DNA from: Aureliella sp.
Lineage (GTDB): Bacteria; Planctomycetota; Planctomycetia; Pirellulales; Pirellulaceae
NCBI GenBank assembly: GCA_963691875.1
Contig: OY829846.1
Coordinates: 2,624,001 to 2,688,000, forward strand
DNA: 64,000 nucleotides
Direction: 5' to 3'
A program made the position numbers and the translations under genes. The notes below the pieces were generated by a model. That model did no database searches, had not been told where the DNA came from, and saw only the letters and a program-made list of their open reading frames with translations. Each line of letters opens with the position of its first letter. Position 1 is the stretch's first letter. Shown in pieces: positions 28,510 through 37,746 of this stretch.

Positions 28510-29877
28510 CTAGGAAGGCGTGGCAAACTCGGCACGCTGTTTCCGCTTGATAAAGCGGTTGGCAAATTCGTCATCGCCAAAGTTCTCTGCCTTCGGATCC
28601 CAATTAAGCTCACGGCCGGTCATCAATGCGATGTTGCACAGGTGGCAAGAAGTCATCGTTCGATGGTGCGAAGCAACATCGGAAACTGGTTGCGTGCGGT
28701 CTTCCATGCAGTCAAAGAAGTTCTGCATGTGCCCACGCAACGGTTTGTTTCCGTACAGAGCTGCGATTCGCTCATCAAGTTCCTTGTTGTCTGCTTCGGT
28801 CAAATCATCGATGGGTTTTCCCGTGAGCTTGCCGCGATTGACAAAGATCCGACCATCTTCACCTTCGAACAGAATGCCGTTAGGGAATTTCGTCTTATCA
28901 TCACGCTCGTAAAAATGATTTACATTGATGACCGAGCCATCAGCAAAATTCAAATCAATATCAAACTCCATGGCTGTGTTGTGCGTGCTAGGTAGCTGAC
29001 TTTCGCCATTCAGGAAGCCGATCCAGTCAGCATCGGGAGGAACCAGCGGAGGGAACTTGCCATTGGCCGATACCTTGACGGGACCGGTGTCGGAATGGCC
29101 GAGTGCCCATTGAGCGATGTCGATGTGATGAGCACCCCAGTCGGTCATCTTTCCGCCGCTGTATTCGAAGAACCAACGAAACATGCGACGTCGTTGGTTC
29201 GAGTACTCGGCTTCGGGAGCTGGGCCCAACCACATATTCCAGTCAAGATCTGCAGGAATTGCTTCCGGCTTGATGATTTCACTTTTCGGTGCACCACCAA
29301 TGGCGACGTACGCGTTGACATTCTTGCCGAGGCGTCCGCTTTGCACCAAAGCAACTGCCTTGAGGAAGCGACGATCATTCTCGCTACGCTGCTGCGTACC
29401 AACCTGGAAAACGCGGCCCGTTTCCTCGACGACTTTGCGGACGTGAATTCCCTCTTCGATCGTTAGCGTGAGGGGCTTTTCACAGTAAACATCTGCACCA
29501 GCGCGCAGCGCTGTGATTGCGATGGGAACATGAGAATGATCCGGTGTTCCGATCGTCACCACGTCAGGCTTTTCTTTTTCCAGCATCTCGCGATAGTCCC
29601 GATACTTGGGAATGCCACCGTAGGCTTCGCTGAATTGCTGTGCGTGCAGGTCATCAATGTCACAAACCGCGATCATGCGACCGAGCTTTCCAGCTGCCCG
29701 AGCAACTTGACCACCTCGGTTGTAACGCCCGCGGCTCCCCCCAACGCCAACAGAAGCCACAGAACGCTTCTTTGCTTCCTGAGCGAAGCCGGATTTCAGG
29801 ATCGTTGGAGCCAGAGCAGCGCTAGCCCCCGCGGTTTTGAGAAAGGTACGCCGTGAGTTGCTTGAGTTTGTTGACAT
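28510..29877 (-). CDS. Gfo/Idh/MocA family oxidoreductase, Tat-exported
   Basis: SRRTFLK signal, TPDHSH, YCEKP, QVGTQQRS, LDWNMWLGPAP, DWGAHHID. Probable start 29877. Confidence 0.93.
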   Translation of the reverse strand: MSTNSSNSRRTFLKTAGASAALAPTILKSGFAQEAKKRSVASVGVGGSRGRYNRGGQVARAAGKLGRMIAVCDIDDLHAQQFSEAYGGIPKYRDYREMLEKEKPDVVTIGTPDHSHVPIAITALRAGADVYCEKPLTLTIEEGIHVRKVVEETGRVFQVGTQQRSENDRRFLKAVALVQSGRLGKNVNAYVAIGGAPKSEIIKPEAIPADLDWNMWLGPAPEAEYSNQRRRMFRWFFEYSGGKMTDWGAHHIDIAQWALGHSDTGPVKVSANGKFPPLVPPDADWIGFLNGESQLPSTHNTAMEFDIDLNFADGSVINVNHFYERDDKTKFPNGILFEGEDGRIFVNRGKLTGKPIDDLTEADNKELDERIAALYGNKPLRGHMQNFFDCMEDRTQPVSDVASHHRTMTSCHLCNIALMTGRELNWDPKAENFGDDEFANRFIKRKQRAEFATPS

Positions 29878-30066
29878 GAGAGGGCCTTTGTCGAAGTGGC
29901 GGGAAAGCAAAAGTTGGTAGAATGAAGGACCTCAAGGGTAAAGCAAAGAGGGCCGAAGGTCAATTTTGTGCCAACGTTGAATTGAGCGATCTGGATTCGC
30001 CAGAAGTCCTTCAAGTAATTCCCGAGCTGAGGCTTAGCTCCGCACTCAACATTTCGGATTCGACAG

Positions 30067-31215
30067 ATGAACGCCCCGCTTTCTAGATTCCTGCTACTAT
30101 CGCTCCCCTTGCTTTTTTGTCGTACTAGCCACGCCCAACTTTGGACCAAGCATGAAATCGTTGCGGGTGGGCATTGCAACACGGCGGTCGCCCTGAATGT
30201 GAACCAAGATGACAAGCAAGACGTGATCGCGAGCTTTGGTGGCAAGGTAAGTCTGTTTATTGCACCTGAATGGCAGGAGGTTGTCATCCATCGCTTTGAC
30301 CGGCCACGATTGGCCTGCATACATAGCGCGGTACTCGACGTGGATGGCGACGGCGACTTGGATTGGGCTGGAGCGATAGCGAACCGACATCCGTTTTGGC
30401 TAGAAAATCCAGGTAACGACGCCGGTTTAGGAGCTTGGGTAGCACGGCCCATCGATCAAGATATTACGGGAATTCACTGTCTTCGAGCAGCCGATGTCGA
30501 TCTCAATGGCAAGATGGATCTGATTATCAACAACTTTGAACCAGAGAAGGGACTGCGTGACTCTATCGCTTGGCTGGAAGTCCCGAAGAATCCCAAGCAA
30601 GCGGAGCATTGGATTCGTCATGTTTTCGCGGACGGCAATGCCCGCGGCGGCAGTCATTACATGGGTGCCGGCGATGTGACAGGCGATGGCTGGCCTGATA
30701 TAGCGGTCGGGGCCAAAGGAGGCCCCTTCGCTGATGGAGACTGGTTTGCCTTCTGGACTAACCCTGGACCGAAGAAAAAGAATCAACCTTGGAAGAAAAC
30801 TGTCCTTGCAACAGAACAGATTGCTGCGACGAATATCCTACCCGCCGATGTGAATGGAGACGGAAAGTTGGATTGGCTGGCGACGCGTGGACACAGTGCG
30901 GGCGTACTCTGGTTTGAAAGTCCTAGTTGGACGTTGCATGAAATCGATCCGGAGATCAAACAGCCGCATAGCTTGACCGTTGCCGATCACGATGGCGATG
31001 GAGACATGGATGCAGCGAGTTGTGGCTATGGAAGCGAGTGGCTGCGTTGGTACGAAAACGATGGGAAAGGGAACTTTCGGATACACACGCTCGACGAGCA
31101 ACAGCAGAGCTACCATCTCAGTACGGTCGATATGGATGGCGATGGTGACTTAGACCTGCTGAATGCCGGTCGAGGGACTGGCAACATCGTTTGGTATGAG
31201 AATGGATTGAGGTGA
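30067..31215 (+). CDS. Secreted FG-GAP/VCBS repeat protein
   Basis: Signal peptide plus about 7 repeats of D(V/M)(D/N)GDG.lD and W(Y/L)EN. Confidence 0.88.
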   Translation: MNAPLSRFLLLSLPLLFCRTSHAQLWTKHEIVAGGHCNTAVALNVNQDDKQDVIASFGGKVSLFIAPEWQEVVIHRFDRPRLACIHSAVLDVDGDGDLDWAGAIANRHPFWLENPGNDAGLGAWVARPIDQDITGIHCLRAADVDLNGKMDLIINNFEPEKGLRDSIAWLEVPKNPKQAEHWIRHVFADGNARGGSHYMGAGDVTGDGWPDIAVGAKGGPFADGDWFAFWTNPGPKKKNQPWKKTVLATEQIAATNILPADVNGDGKLDWLATRGHSAGVLWFESPSWTLHEIDPEIKQPHSLTVADHDGDGDMDAASCGYGSEWLRWYENDGKGNFRIHTLDEQQQSYHLSTVDMDGDGDLDLLNAGRGTGNIVWYENGLR

Positions 31216-31264
31216 AAGATACAGGTGGGTAGAAAATGCTCAGACCCAAAGGTACGACGGGGGC

Positions 31265-31294
31265 TTGGGGCTCTCTCGTTTGGGGCTCTCTCGT
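31265..31294. repeat. 15-bp perfect tandem duplication (TTGGGGCTCTCTCGT x2)
   Basis: Read directly, in the convergent gap between the FG-GAP gene and trpE. Confidence 0.9.
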
Positions 31295-31330
31295 TCTGAC
31301 TCAACAGACGGCAGAAGAATGAATCGGTAT

Positions 31331-32836
31331 CTAGCTTTTGTCGCCTGAGGTTCGAGCGACGGTAGTGGCGATGGCCTTGAGCATCGCACCAGATTTGTTA
31401 AGCGTTTCTTGAAACTCGTTGGCAGGTACGCTGTCCGCTACGATCCCGGCGCCGGCTTGAACATAAATCTTGTCACCAGTAAATACAATTGTCCTCAGCG
31501 CGATACAGGTATCCATATTCCCTGAGTAGTCGATGTAGCCCACGGCACCAGCGTACGGTCCGCGTCGCTGGGGCTCGACTTCGTCGATGATTTCCATGGC
31601 TCTCACTTTTGGTGCGCCACTAACGGTGCCAGCCGGCAAACAAGCTTTCATAGCGTCCATGGCCGTCGTTCCACCCTTCAATTTGCCTTGAACGTTCGAG
31701 CTGATGTGCATGACGTGGCTGTAGCGCTCAATCACCATGACATCACTCAATTCGATGCTACCGTACTCTGCCACGCGCCCGACGTCGTTTCGGCCCAAGT
31801 CAACGAGCATGACGTGCTCGGCACATTCTTTGGGATCAGCCAGTAATTCTTCGGCCAACTCGAGATCTTCCTTACGATCTTTCCCACGAGGCCGAGTACC
31901 AGCAAGCGGCCGAACGGTGACTACTCCGTCGATGACACGGCACATGACTTCTGGCGAGGAGCCGACGAGCGTGGTTTCGGGCGTGCGAACGAAAAACATG
32001 AACGGGCTTGGATTGACAACCCTGAGCGTGCGATAGACTTCGAAGGGATCGCAGAGTGCGGGCATCTCAATCCGCTGGCTAATAACGACTTGGAAAATGT
32101 CGCCGGCTCGGATGTACTCGGTACAAGTCTCGACCGCCTGCTCAAACTCGGCCTGAGTGAAGTTGCTCTTCTTCTCGATGTCAACTTGTTGCTCTGAGTC
32201 AAAGTCCACTACCGAGAGCGAGTGCGTTGGCTGTTGGAGTTTATGGGTCAACTCATCGAGTCGTTTGCAGCCATTGGCATAAGCGGCGTTAACAGATTCG
32301 AATTGGTCGCAGTGTACGTGAGCAACAACAAACAAGGACTTGGTGACATGATCGAAAATCACCAAGTCATCGAAGATGGAAAAATCAAGATCGGGCAGAT
32401 TACGATCGTCGCTGGGTGCGTTTGGCAAATCTTCTACATAGCGAACGACGTCGTAGCTCGCGTAGCCAATCGCTCCGCCAGTCAACGGAGGCAATTCAGG
32501 CAAGACAGCGACACGTTTACCGGAGACGCAATTCCACAGACTGTCCAACGGGTCTTCGGCCTGAGTCGCGCTCTGAGTCCCATCCGGCGTCTGACGGCAA
32601 ACCTCAGCACCTCGAGCCGTGATTCGCTCACCTGGTCCGACGGCGATAAAGCTGTAGCGACCTACCTTTTCACCGCCGATCACGCTCTCGAATAGGCACG
32701 CCGCAGACTTACCATCGTCTAGGAGGCTGAAAGCGGAAACTGGCGTTAGGGCATCGCTCAGCAAGCGACGGTAAACTGGAACCAACTGGAATTCCTGGGC
32801 CAGTTCTTGGAAGCGATGCAGGCTAGGCGAGGGCAT
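31331..32836 (-). CDS. trpE: Anthranilate synthase component I
   Basis: LFESVIGGEKVGRYSF, GDIFQVVISQR, NPSPFMF, SSPE, PLAGTRPRG, EHVMLVDLGRND, PAGTVSGAPK, QAGAGIVADS. Probable start MPSPSL at 32836. Confidence 0.95.
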   Translation of the reverse strand: MPSPSLHRFQELAQEFQLVPVYRRLLSDALTPVSAFSLLDDGKSAACLFESVIGGEKVGRYSFIAVGPGERITARGAEVCRQTPDGTQSATQAEDPLDSLWNCVSGKRVAVLPELPPLTGGAIGYASYDVVRYVEDLPNAPSDDRNLPDLDFSIFDDLVIFDHVTKSLFVVAHVHCDQFESVNAAYANGCKRLDELTHKLQQPTHSLSVVDFDSEQQVDIEKKSNFTQAEFEQAVETCTEYIRAGDIFQVVISQRIEMPALCDPFEVYRTLRVVNPSPFMFFVRTPETTLVGSSPEVMCRVIDGVVTVRPLAGTRPRGKDRKEDLELAEELLADPKECAEHVMLVDLGRNDVGRVAEYGSIELSDVMVIERYSHVMHISSNVQGKLKGGTTAMDAMKACLPAGTVSGAPKVRAMEIIDEVEPQRRGPYAGAVGYIDYSGNMDTCIALRTIVFTGDKIYVQAGAGIVADSVPANEFQETLNKSGAMLKAIATTVARTSGDKS

Positions 32837-32879
32837 GGGTGGGTTGGGGCCTGATAATGAAGGCATCGTTGGACTAGAC

Positions 32880-32975
32880 GGGGAATATAGCCGTGGAACC
32901 CAGGGGATTCGAAACTCTTCCTCAAACACAGCGTGGGCGACCACGAGCATAACCACGGCCGAACTCCAGTTCCCC
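32880..32975 (-). ncRNA. Candidate structured RNA upstream of trpE (6S-like or leader RNA)
   Basis: Nested helices GGGGAA/TTCCCC, GCCGTGG/CCACGGC and CGTGG/CCACG; TACAAT -10 box on the minus strand at 33015-33020. Identity and strand not established. Confidence 0.35.
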
Positions 32976-33239
32976 TCGCCGATTCAACGGGGGAAGCCGT
33001 AGACGAGGAACCTGATTGTAACTGGGCTTTGAGACTTTCGACACGTCTGCTGCGTGACAGAATCGAGCACCGCGAAGTTCGGGGCCATTGGTAAGAAACG
33101 TAGGTGGAGCTGTCCGATTTTCGCACCTCATATCGTCGATGCATCGCCAACTCGGTATCATTGATAGCGGGAGCAAACTTTTCCTGTCGCGAGAAGGATC
33201 GGTTCTTATATTGAGTGGGCTCGAAAGGGATCTGTCAGA

Positions 33240-33767
33240 GTGAAAAAATGCCAGCACTGTGAGAAGCCAGCGACTTTTCACATTACAGAACTCACGGAGC
33301 CCAACGGACCGGTCAAGCACCACTTGTGCGAGGCCTGCGCGAAGCTTTACCTCTCGCCGGATAATGAAGACGACGATTCGCCCCCCAATGCGCTGGTCAG
33401 CATGCTCGACAAGCAGATTAAAATTGATCAAACCAAAGACGAACTGGAGGAGCTGGATCGCAAGTCCTGCCCAATTTGTGGCATCACCTTTGCTGAGTTT
33501 CGCAAAGAAGGACGTCTTGGCTGCTCGTACGACTATGTTTGTTTTGAAGAAGATCTCGCACCACTGTTGAACAGTATCCACGGTTCGATTGCACATGCAG
33601 GGAAACGCCCGACGCGTGATACTGGCTCGCCTGATCGTCAACATGAATTGATTCAGCTTCGGCGCGAAATGCAGGACGCGGTGCAAACGGAAGATTACGA
33701 AAAGGCAGGCGAACTGAGAGATCGAATAAAACAGATCGAAGGAGCCGATGGCGGCGCCGAAAGTTAA
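33240..33767 (+). CDS. mcsA: McsA, protein-arginine kinase activator (UvrB/UvrC motif protein)
   Basis: CQHC, HLCEAC, CPICG, GRLGC, HAGKRP and the C-terminal UVR motif EDYEKAGELRDRI. Confidence 0.9.
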   Translation: MKKCQHCEKPATFHITELTEPNGPVKHHLCEACAKLYLSPDNEDDDSPPNALVSMLDKQIKIDQTKDELEELDRKSCPICGITFAEFRKEGRLGCSYDYVCFEEDLAPLLNSIHGSIAHAGKRPTRDTGSPDRQHELIQLRREMQDAVQTEDYEKAGELRDRIKQIEGADGGAES

Positions 33768-33835
33768 GGCGGCGTGACATCATGCGACTCATCGAGAAAG
33801 GGATTCTTCAAAGTGTTAAAAGAGCGTAGTTCAGC

Positions 33836-34909
33836 GTGGATCTAAGAGAGTTAGCCGGAAAATGTGGTCAGTGGTTAAGTGGTGCGGGGCCGGAATCGGA
33901 CATCGTTATCAGTAGTCGTATTCGTCTGGCTCGGAACTTGGGCGAGTACCCTTTTGTGCGCCGAGCTAGTGACGAAGAAAAGACACTGATTGCAAAACTG
34001 GCACACAGCAAAATCGAATCGCTGGAAGATTGGCAAGACATCCAACAGATTGATGTTCAGCAACTGGATGAAGTCGATCGGCAGTTACTGGTCGAACGGC
34101 AATTGATGAGCCGTGAGATGGCAGATTCGGAAGGAGATCGATGCGTTGCAGTGGATCCTCTCGAGCGTTTCAGCATCATGATCAACGAGGAAGATCACTT
34201 GCGGATCCAAGTCATGTGTAGTGGTTTGGATCTGGAGTCGGCCTGGCAGCGTGTCGACAAGCTGGACAACGATCTCGAGGAAAAACTCAACTACGCCTTT
34301 CACGAGCAACTCGGTTATCTCACAGCTTGCCCGACCAACGTTGGAACCGGACTACGCGTGAGTGTGATGGTCCATCTGCCCGCGTTAGTAATCACTCGAG
34401 AAATCGAGAAAGTCTTTCGTAGCTTGCAGAAGATCAACGTCGCGGTTCGCGGATTGTACGGCGAGGGCTCCAAATTCATGGGGGACTTCTACCAAGTCAG
34501 CAATCAAATCACACTTGGCAAAACCGAAGAAGACTTGCTGCAGACCGTCGCCGAAGTGGTTCCAAGGATTATCGACTACGAGCGACGGGCTCGCGAGTAC
34601 TTGGTCAATGAGAGCGAGCAAGATCTACACGACGACGTGAGCCGAGCCTACGGAATTTTATGCACGGCGAAGAAAATCAGTAGTGAAGAAACGTTACACT
34701 ATCTCTCTAAAGTCCGGATGGGTGTCAACCTGGGGCTGATTCGTTCCATTGAAATGGAAACGGTCAACAAGCTCTTTGTCCACACTCAACCGGCTCATTT
34801 GCAGAAGCTACACGGCACCCGCCTATCCGTGGCAGATCGCAATATCGAAAGAGCGGTCTTTCTGCAAAGCCACCTTGTCCCCAAGGGCGGCAGCGGCATG
34901 AACAACTAG
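33836..34909 (+). CDS. mcsB: Protein arginine kinase McsB
   Basis: DIVISSRIRLARN, MINEEDHLRIQ, GYLTACPTNVGTG, VRGLYGEGS, YQVSNQITLG, QPAHLQ. Confidence 0.93.
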   Translation: MDLRELAGKCGQWLSGAGPESDIVISSRIRLARNLGEYPFVRRASDEEKTLIAKLAHSKIESLEDWQDIQQIDVQQLDEVDRQLLVERQLMSREMADSEGDRCVAVDPLERFSIMINEEDHLRIQVMCSGLDLESAWQRVDKLDNDLEEKLNYAFHEQLGYLTACPTNVGTGLRVSVMVHLPALVITREIEKVFRSLQKINVAVRGLYGEGSKFMGDFYQVSNQITLGKTEEDLLQTVAEVVPRIIDYERRAREYLVNESEQDLHDDVSRAYGILCTAKKISSEETLHYLSKVRMGVNLGLIRSIEMETVNKLFVHTQPAHLQKLHGTRLSVADRNIERAVFLQSHLVPKGGSGMNN

Positions 34910-34928
34910 CTTCGCATGATGCGAAGCT
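34908..34928. other. Perfect hairpin/palindrome right after the mcsB stop
   Basis: AGCTTCGCAT-G-ATGCGAAGCT; no clear U-tract. Confidence 0.6.
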
Positions 34929-35098
34929 GAAGTTGTGCCCGCTAGAGTCACGAGGCTCGAGACCACAGGTAGCTGAAGTCGCAAGACTTTGGACCCCGTC
35001 ACTGAGCAATTTCGTGCGGACTCTAGAGGGGTTCGCAGCAGCTTCCCCCAAACAAATGCCCAATCCCCAAATATCCTTGAAGTGAGTAAAGAGCAGAG

Positions 35099-37060
35099 AT
35101 GAATCAAGAATCCTCTGACGGCCAAGTCGATAGCGTCATGGTCGAATCGCGATTGTTCCCACCAAGCGATGAGTTTGTTGCCAAGTCGCGCGTCCAGGAC
35201 ATAGAGGGATATCAGGAGTTGTACGATCGCGCGGCCGCGGATCCCGAAGCTTTCTGGGCGAACGAGGCGCGCGAGCATCTCCACTGGTTTGAGCCATTTA
35301 CCAAGACTCTCGAGTGGGACAACCCATTTGCAAAGTGGTTTGTCGGAGGCAAGACCAACGTCAGCTACAACTGCTTGGACGCACACATTGCTGCAGGAAA
35401 CGGTGATCGCACTGCAATACTTTGGGAAGGTGAGCCAGGCGACACTCGCACACTCAATTATTTGGAGCTGCATAAAGAAGTAAGCCAATTTGCCAACGTG
35501 CTGAAGAAGGTCGGAGTGAAGCAGGGAGACGTCGTCAGCATTTACATGCCGATGACTCCCGAGCTGGCTATTGCCATGTTGGCTTGCGCTCGGATTGGCG
35601 CCGTGCACTCTGTGATTTTTGCAGGCTTCTCGGCTGAAGCAATAGCTGACAGAAACAACGACGCCGGAGCCAAAGTACAGCTCACCAGCGATGGGCTTCA
35701 TCGTCGCGGAAAAGTACTGCCACTGAAAGAAACTGTCGATCAGGCGCTCGCCAAGAGCCCTACGGTCGAAACTTGCATCGTCCTCCGCCGCGTCGGCAAC
35801 GATGCTCCCATGACCGAAGGACGCGATCACTGGTGGCACGAATTGGTGGGATCCGTAGAGGCAGAGTGTCCTGCGGAGCCACTCGATAGCGAAACCCCAC
35901 TGTTCATTCTTTACACAAGTGGCTCGACTGGTAAGCCAAAGGGAATTCGCCACACGACTGCTGGCTACAACTTGTACGCCAAACGAACCTTCCAGTGGGT
36001 ATTTGATCACCGCGACGACGACATCTACTGGTGCACAGCTGACTGCGGCTGGATTACGGGACACAGCTACATCGTCTATGGTCCACTTTCGGCCGGGGCA
36101 ACCATGCTGATGTATGAAGGTGCACCGAACTTTCCCGCTGAGGATCGATTCTGGGATCTGGTCGAGAAGTACAAAGTGACTTTGCTTTACACCGCGCCGA
36201 CTGCTATTCGAGCCTTTATCAAGTGGGGCGATGAGCATGTGGACAAGCACGATTTGAGTAGCTTGCGATTGCTCGGCAGCGTCGGCGAAGGAATCAATCC
36301 TGAAGCCTGGATGTGGTACCACAAAAAGATTGGCAGCGAACGCTGTCCGATTGTGGATACATGGTGGCAAACGGAAACCGGTGGCATCATGATGTCGCCA
36401 TTGCCAGGAGCGATTGCGACCAAACCCGGTAGTTGCACCAAACCACTGCCCGGAGTGATTCCAAAGATCGTCGATGAAGAAGGCAATGAAGTGCCGAAGG
36501 GACGCGGTGGCATGCTGTGCATCGATCACCCGTGGCCAGGCATGTTGCGTGGAATCTGGGGCGATGAAGATCGCTTCAAAGAGCAGTACTGGACGAAAGT
36601 ACCGGGCAAGTACCTGACGGGTGACAACGCTCGGCAGGACAGCGATGGATACTACTGGATCATGGGGCGCATTGATGACGTTATCAATGTTTCTGGTCAC
36701 CGGCTGTCCACAATTGAAGTAGAGAGTGCTCTGGTTTCGCATCCGGCGGTCGCGGAAGCAGCCGTGGTTGGCAAGCCTGATGAGATCAAGGGGCAAGCCA
36801 TCGCTGCCTTCGTGACTTTGTGCGAGGCAGATCCAGACGAAGAGTTGCGGAATAACTTGCGTCTGCACGTTCGGAAAGAAATCGGAGCCCTGGCCCAGCC
36901 TGACCAGATTCGCTTCACCGGTTCCCTACCGAAGACTCGTAGCGGCAAGATCATGCGGCGATTGCTTCGTGATATTGCCTCCGGCAAGGAGCAGACCGGC
37001 GATACCTCTACGCTCGAAGACTATTCGGTACTAGCATCTCTTCGCGACGATGAAGAGTAG
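35099..37060 (+). CDS. acs: Acetyl-CoA synthetase (acetate-CoA ligase)
   Basis: [60 protein letters not shown]. Confidence 0.97.
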   Translation: MNQESSDGQVDSVMVESRLFPPSDEFVAKSRVQDIEGYQELYDRAAADPEAFWANEAREHLHWFEPFTKTLEWDNPFAKWFVGGKTNVSYNCLDAHIAAGNGDRTAILWEGEPGDTRTLNYLELHKEVSQFANVLKKVGVKQGDVVSIYMPMTPELAIAMLACARIGAVHSVIFAGFSAEAIADRNNDAGAKVQLTSDGLHRRGKVLPLKETVDQALAKSPTVETCIVLRRVGNDAPMTEGRDHWWHELVGSVEAECPAEPLDSETPLFILYTSGSTGKPKGIRHTTAGYNLYAKRTFQWVFDHRDDDIYWCTADCGWITGHSYIVYGPLSAGATMLMYEGAPNFPAEDRFWDLVEKYKVTLLYTAPTAIRAFIKWGDEHVDKHDLSSLRLLGSVGEGINPEAWMWYHKKIGSERCPIVDTWWQTETGGIMMSPLPGAIATKPGSCTKPLPGVIPKIVDEEGNEVPKGRGGMLCIDHPWPGMLRGIWGDEDRFKEQYWTKVPGKYLTGDNARQDSDGYYWIMGRIDDVINVSGHRLSTIEVESALVSHPAVAEAAVVGKPDEIKGQAIAAFVTLCEADPDEELRNNLRLHVRKEIGALAQPDQIRFTGSLPKTRSGKIMRRLLRDIASGKEQTGDTSTLEDYSVLASLRDDEE

Positions 37061-37099
37061 TAAGTTCTCGAAGCGGGCGCTCATTACCCGGGGATAACG

Positions 37100-37672
37100 G
37101 TAGATAGGTTAAGTCATCATTTTGAACGCTATCAAGCTGCTCCTGACCATGGCGGAGGAAACTCCGAAGCGATTGCTTGCTGGCGCTGGTGATACGGGCA
37201 AATAAATGATGAGGAATACAACTTGGCTCACAAGCGCGAACACAATTGTGCAGTGAATCTAGTTCCTTCCGATGCGTGTTGTGGTCGAACACATATGATG
37301 CAATTTGCACGAGAGCGATGCTGACAAGGATTAAAACCACAATCCCGACTTTCAGTTGGAAACTGGCGATTGCCGCACAGGCTGTGGCTAGGGCTGTGAT
37401 CTGAGGCAAAGACTCAATAGAGATTGTCCGCGTGGCTTGAAGCAACATACTGGTTGGGCCGCGACCGAAAGAAAGGACCGCTCTCTGCTCGGTTCGGGTA
37501 GCCAACCGGAGCTTGCACATTCAGCTTCAAGGACTTGGCGGGCTGCTCCGCATACCGGGCATGGTTTCTCAATAGAATCCTGCTCATCTACAGCGTTCGC
37601 ATCATTCTGCCTTACTCTAGACAAGGGCGACTCAGCCGCAGAACTGAGCCAATTCGAAAGCGTTTCCTGCAA
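37100..37672 (-). pseudogene. Possible frameshifted zinc-ribbon membrane protein
   Basis: ORF 37388..37672 has CPVCG...AECASSGW; the overlapping ORF in another frame carries the hydrophobic helices (ITALATACAAIA...VGIVVLILVSIALV). 3' limit approximate. Confidence 0.35.
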
Positions 37673-37746
37673 TTGCTTGGAGAGCTAATGAGGCGAGAAA
37701 AGGGGTGGCAGCGTCCATTCTTGCAGTCAAGCTAAAAGCAGGCAAA

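Noticed and set aside
29958..29975. Possible sigma54 promoter (TTGGCACAAAATTGAC, minus strand); similar TGGC...TTGC near 57527
   Set aside because: The -24/-12 spacing or the -12 GC does not fit the consensus.
32837..32956. Classical Trp attenuator, or N-terminal extension of TrpE
   Set aside because: Only one Trp codon in the upstream frame and no terminator U-tract; the extension overlaps the hairpin and does not look like TrpE.
32922..33686. 254-aa minus-strand ORF
   Set aside because: Antisense to the well-supported mcsA.
34823..36868. 681-aa minus-strand ORF
   Set aside because: Antisense shadow of acs, with no recognisable motifs.
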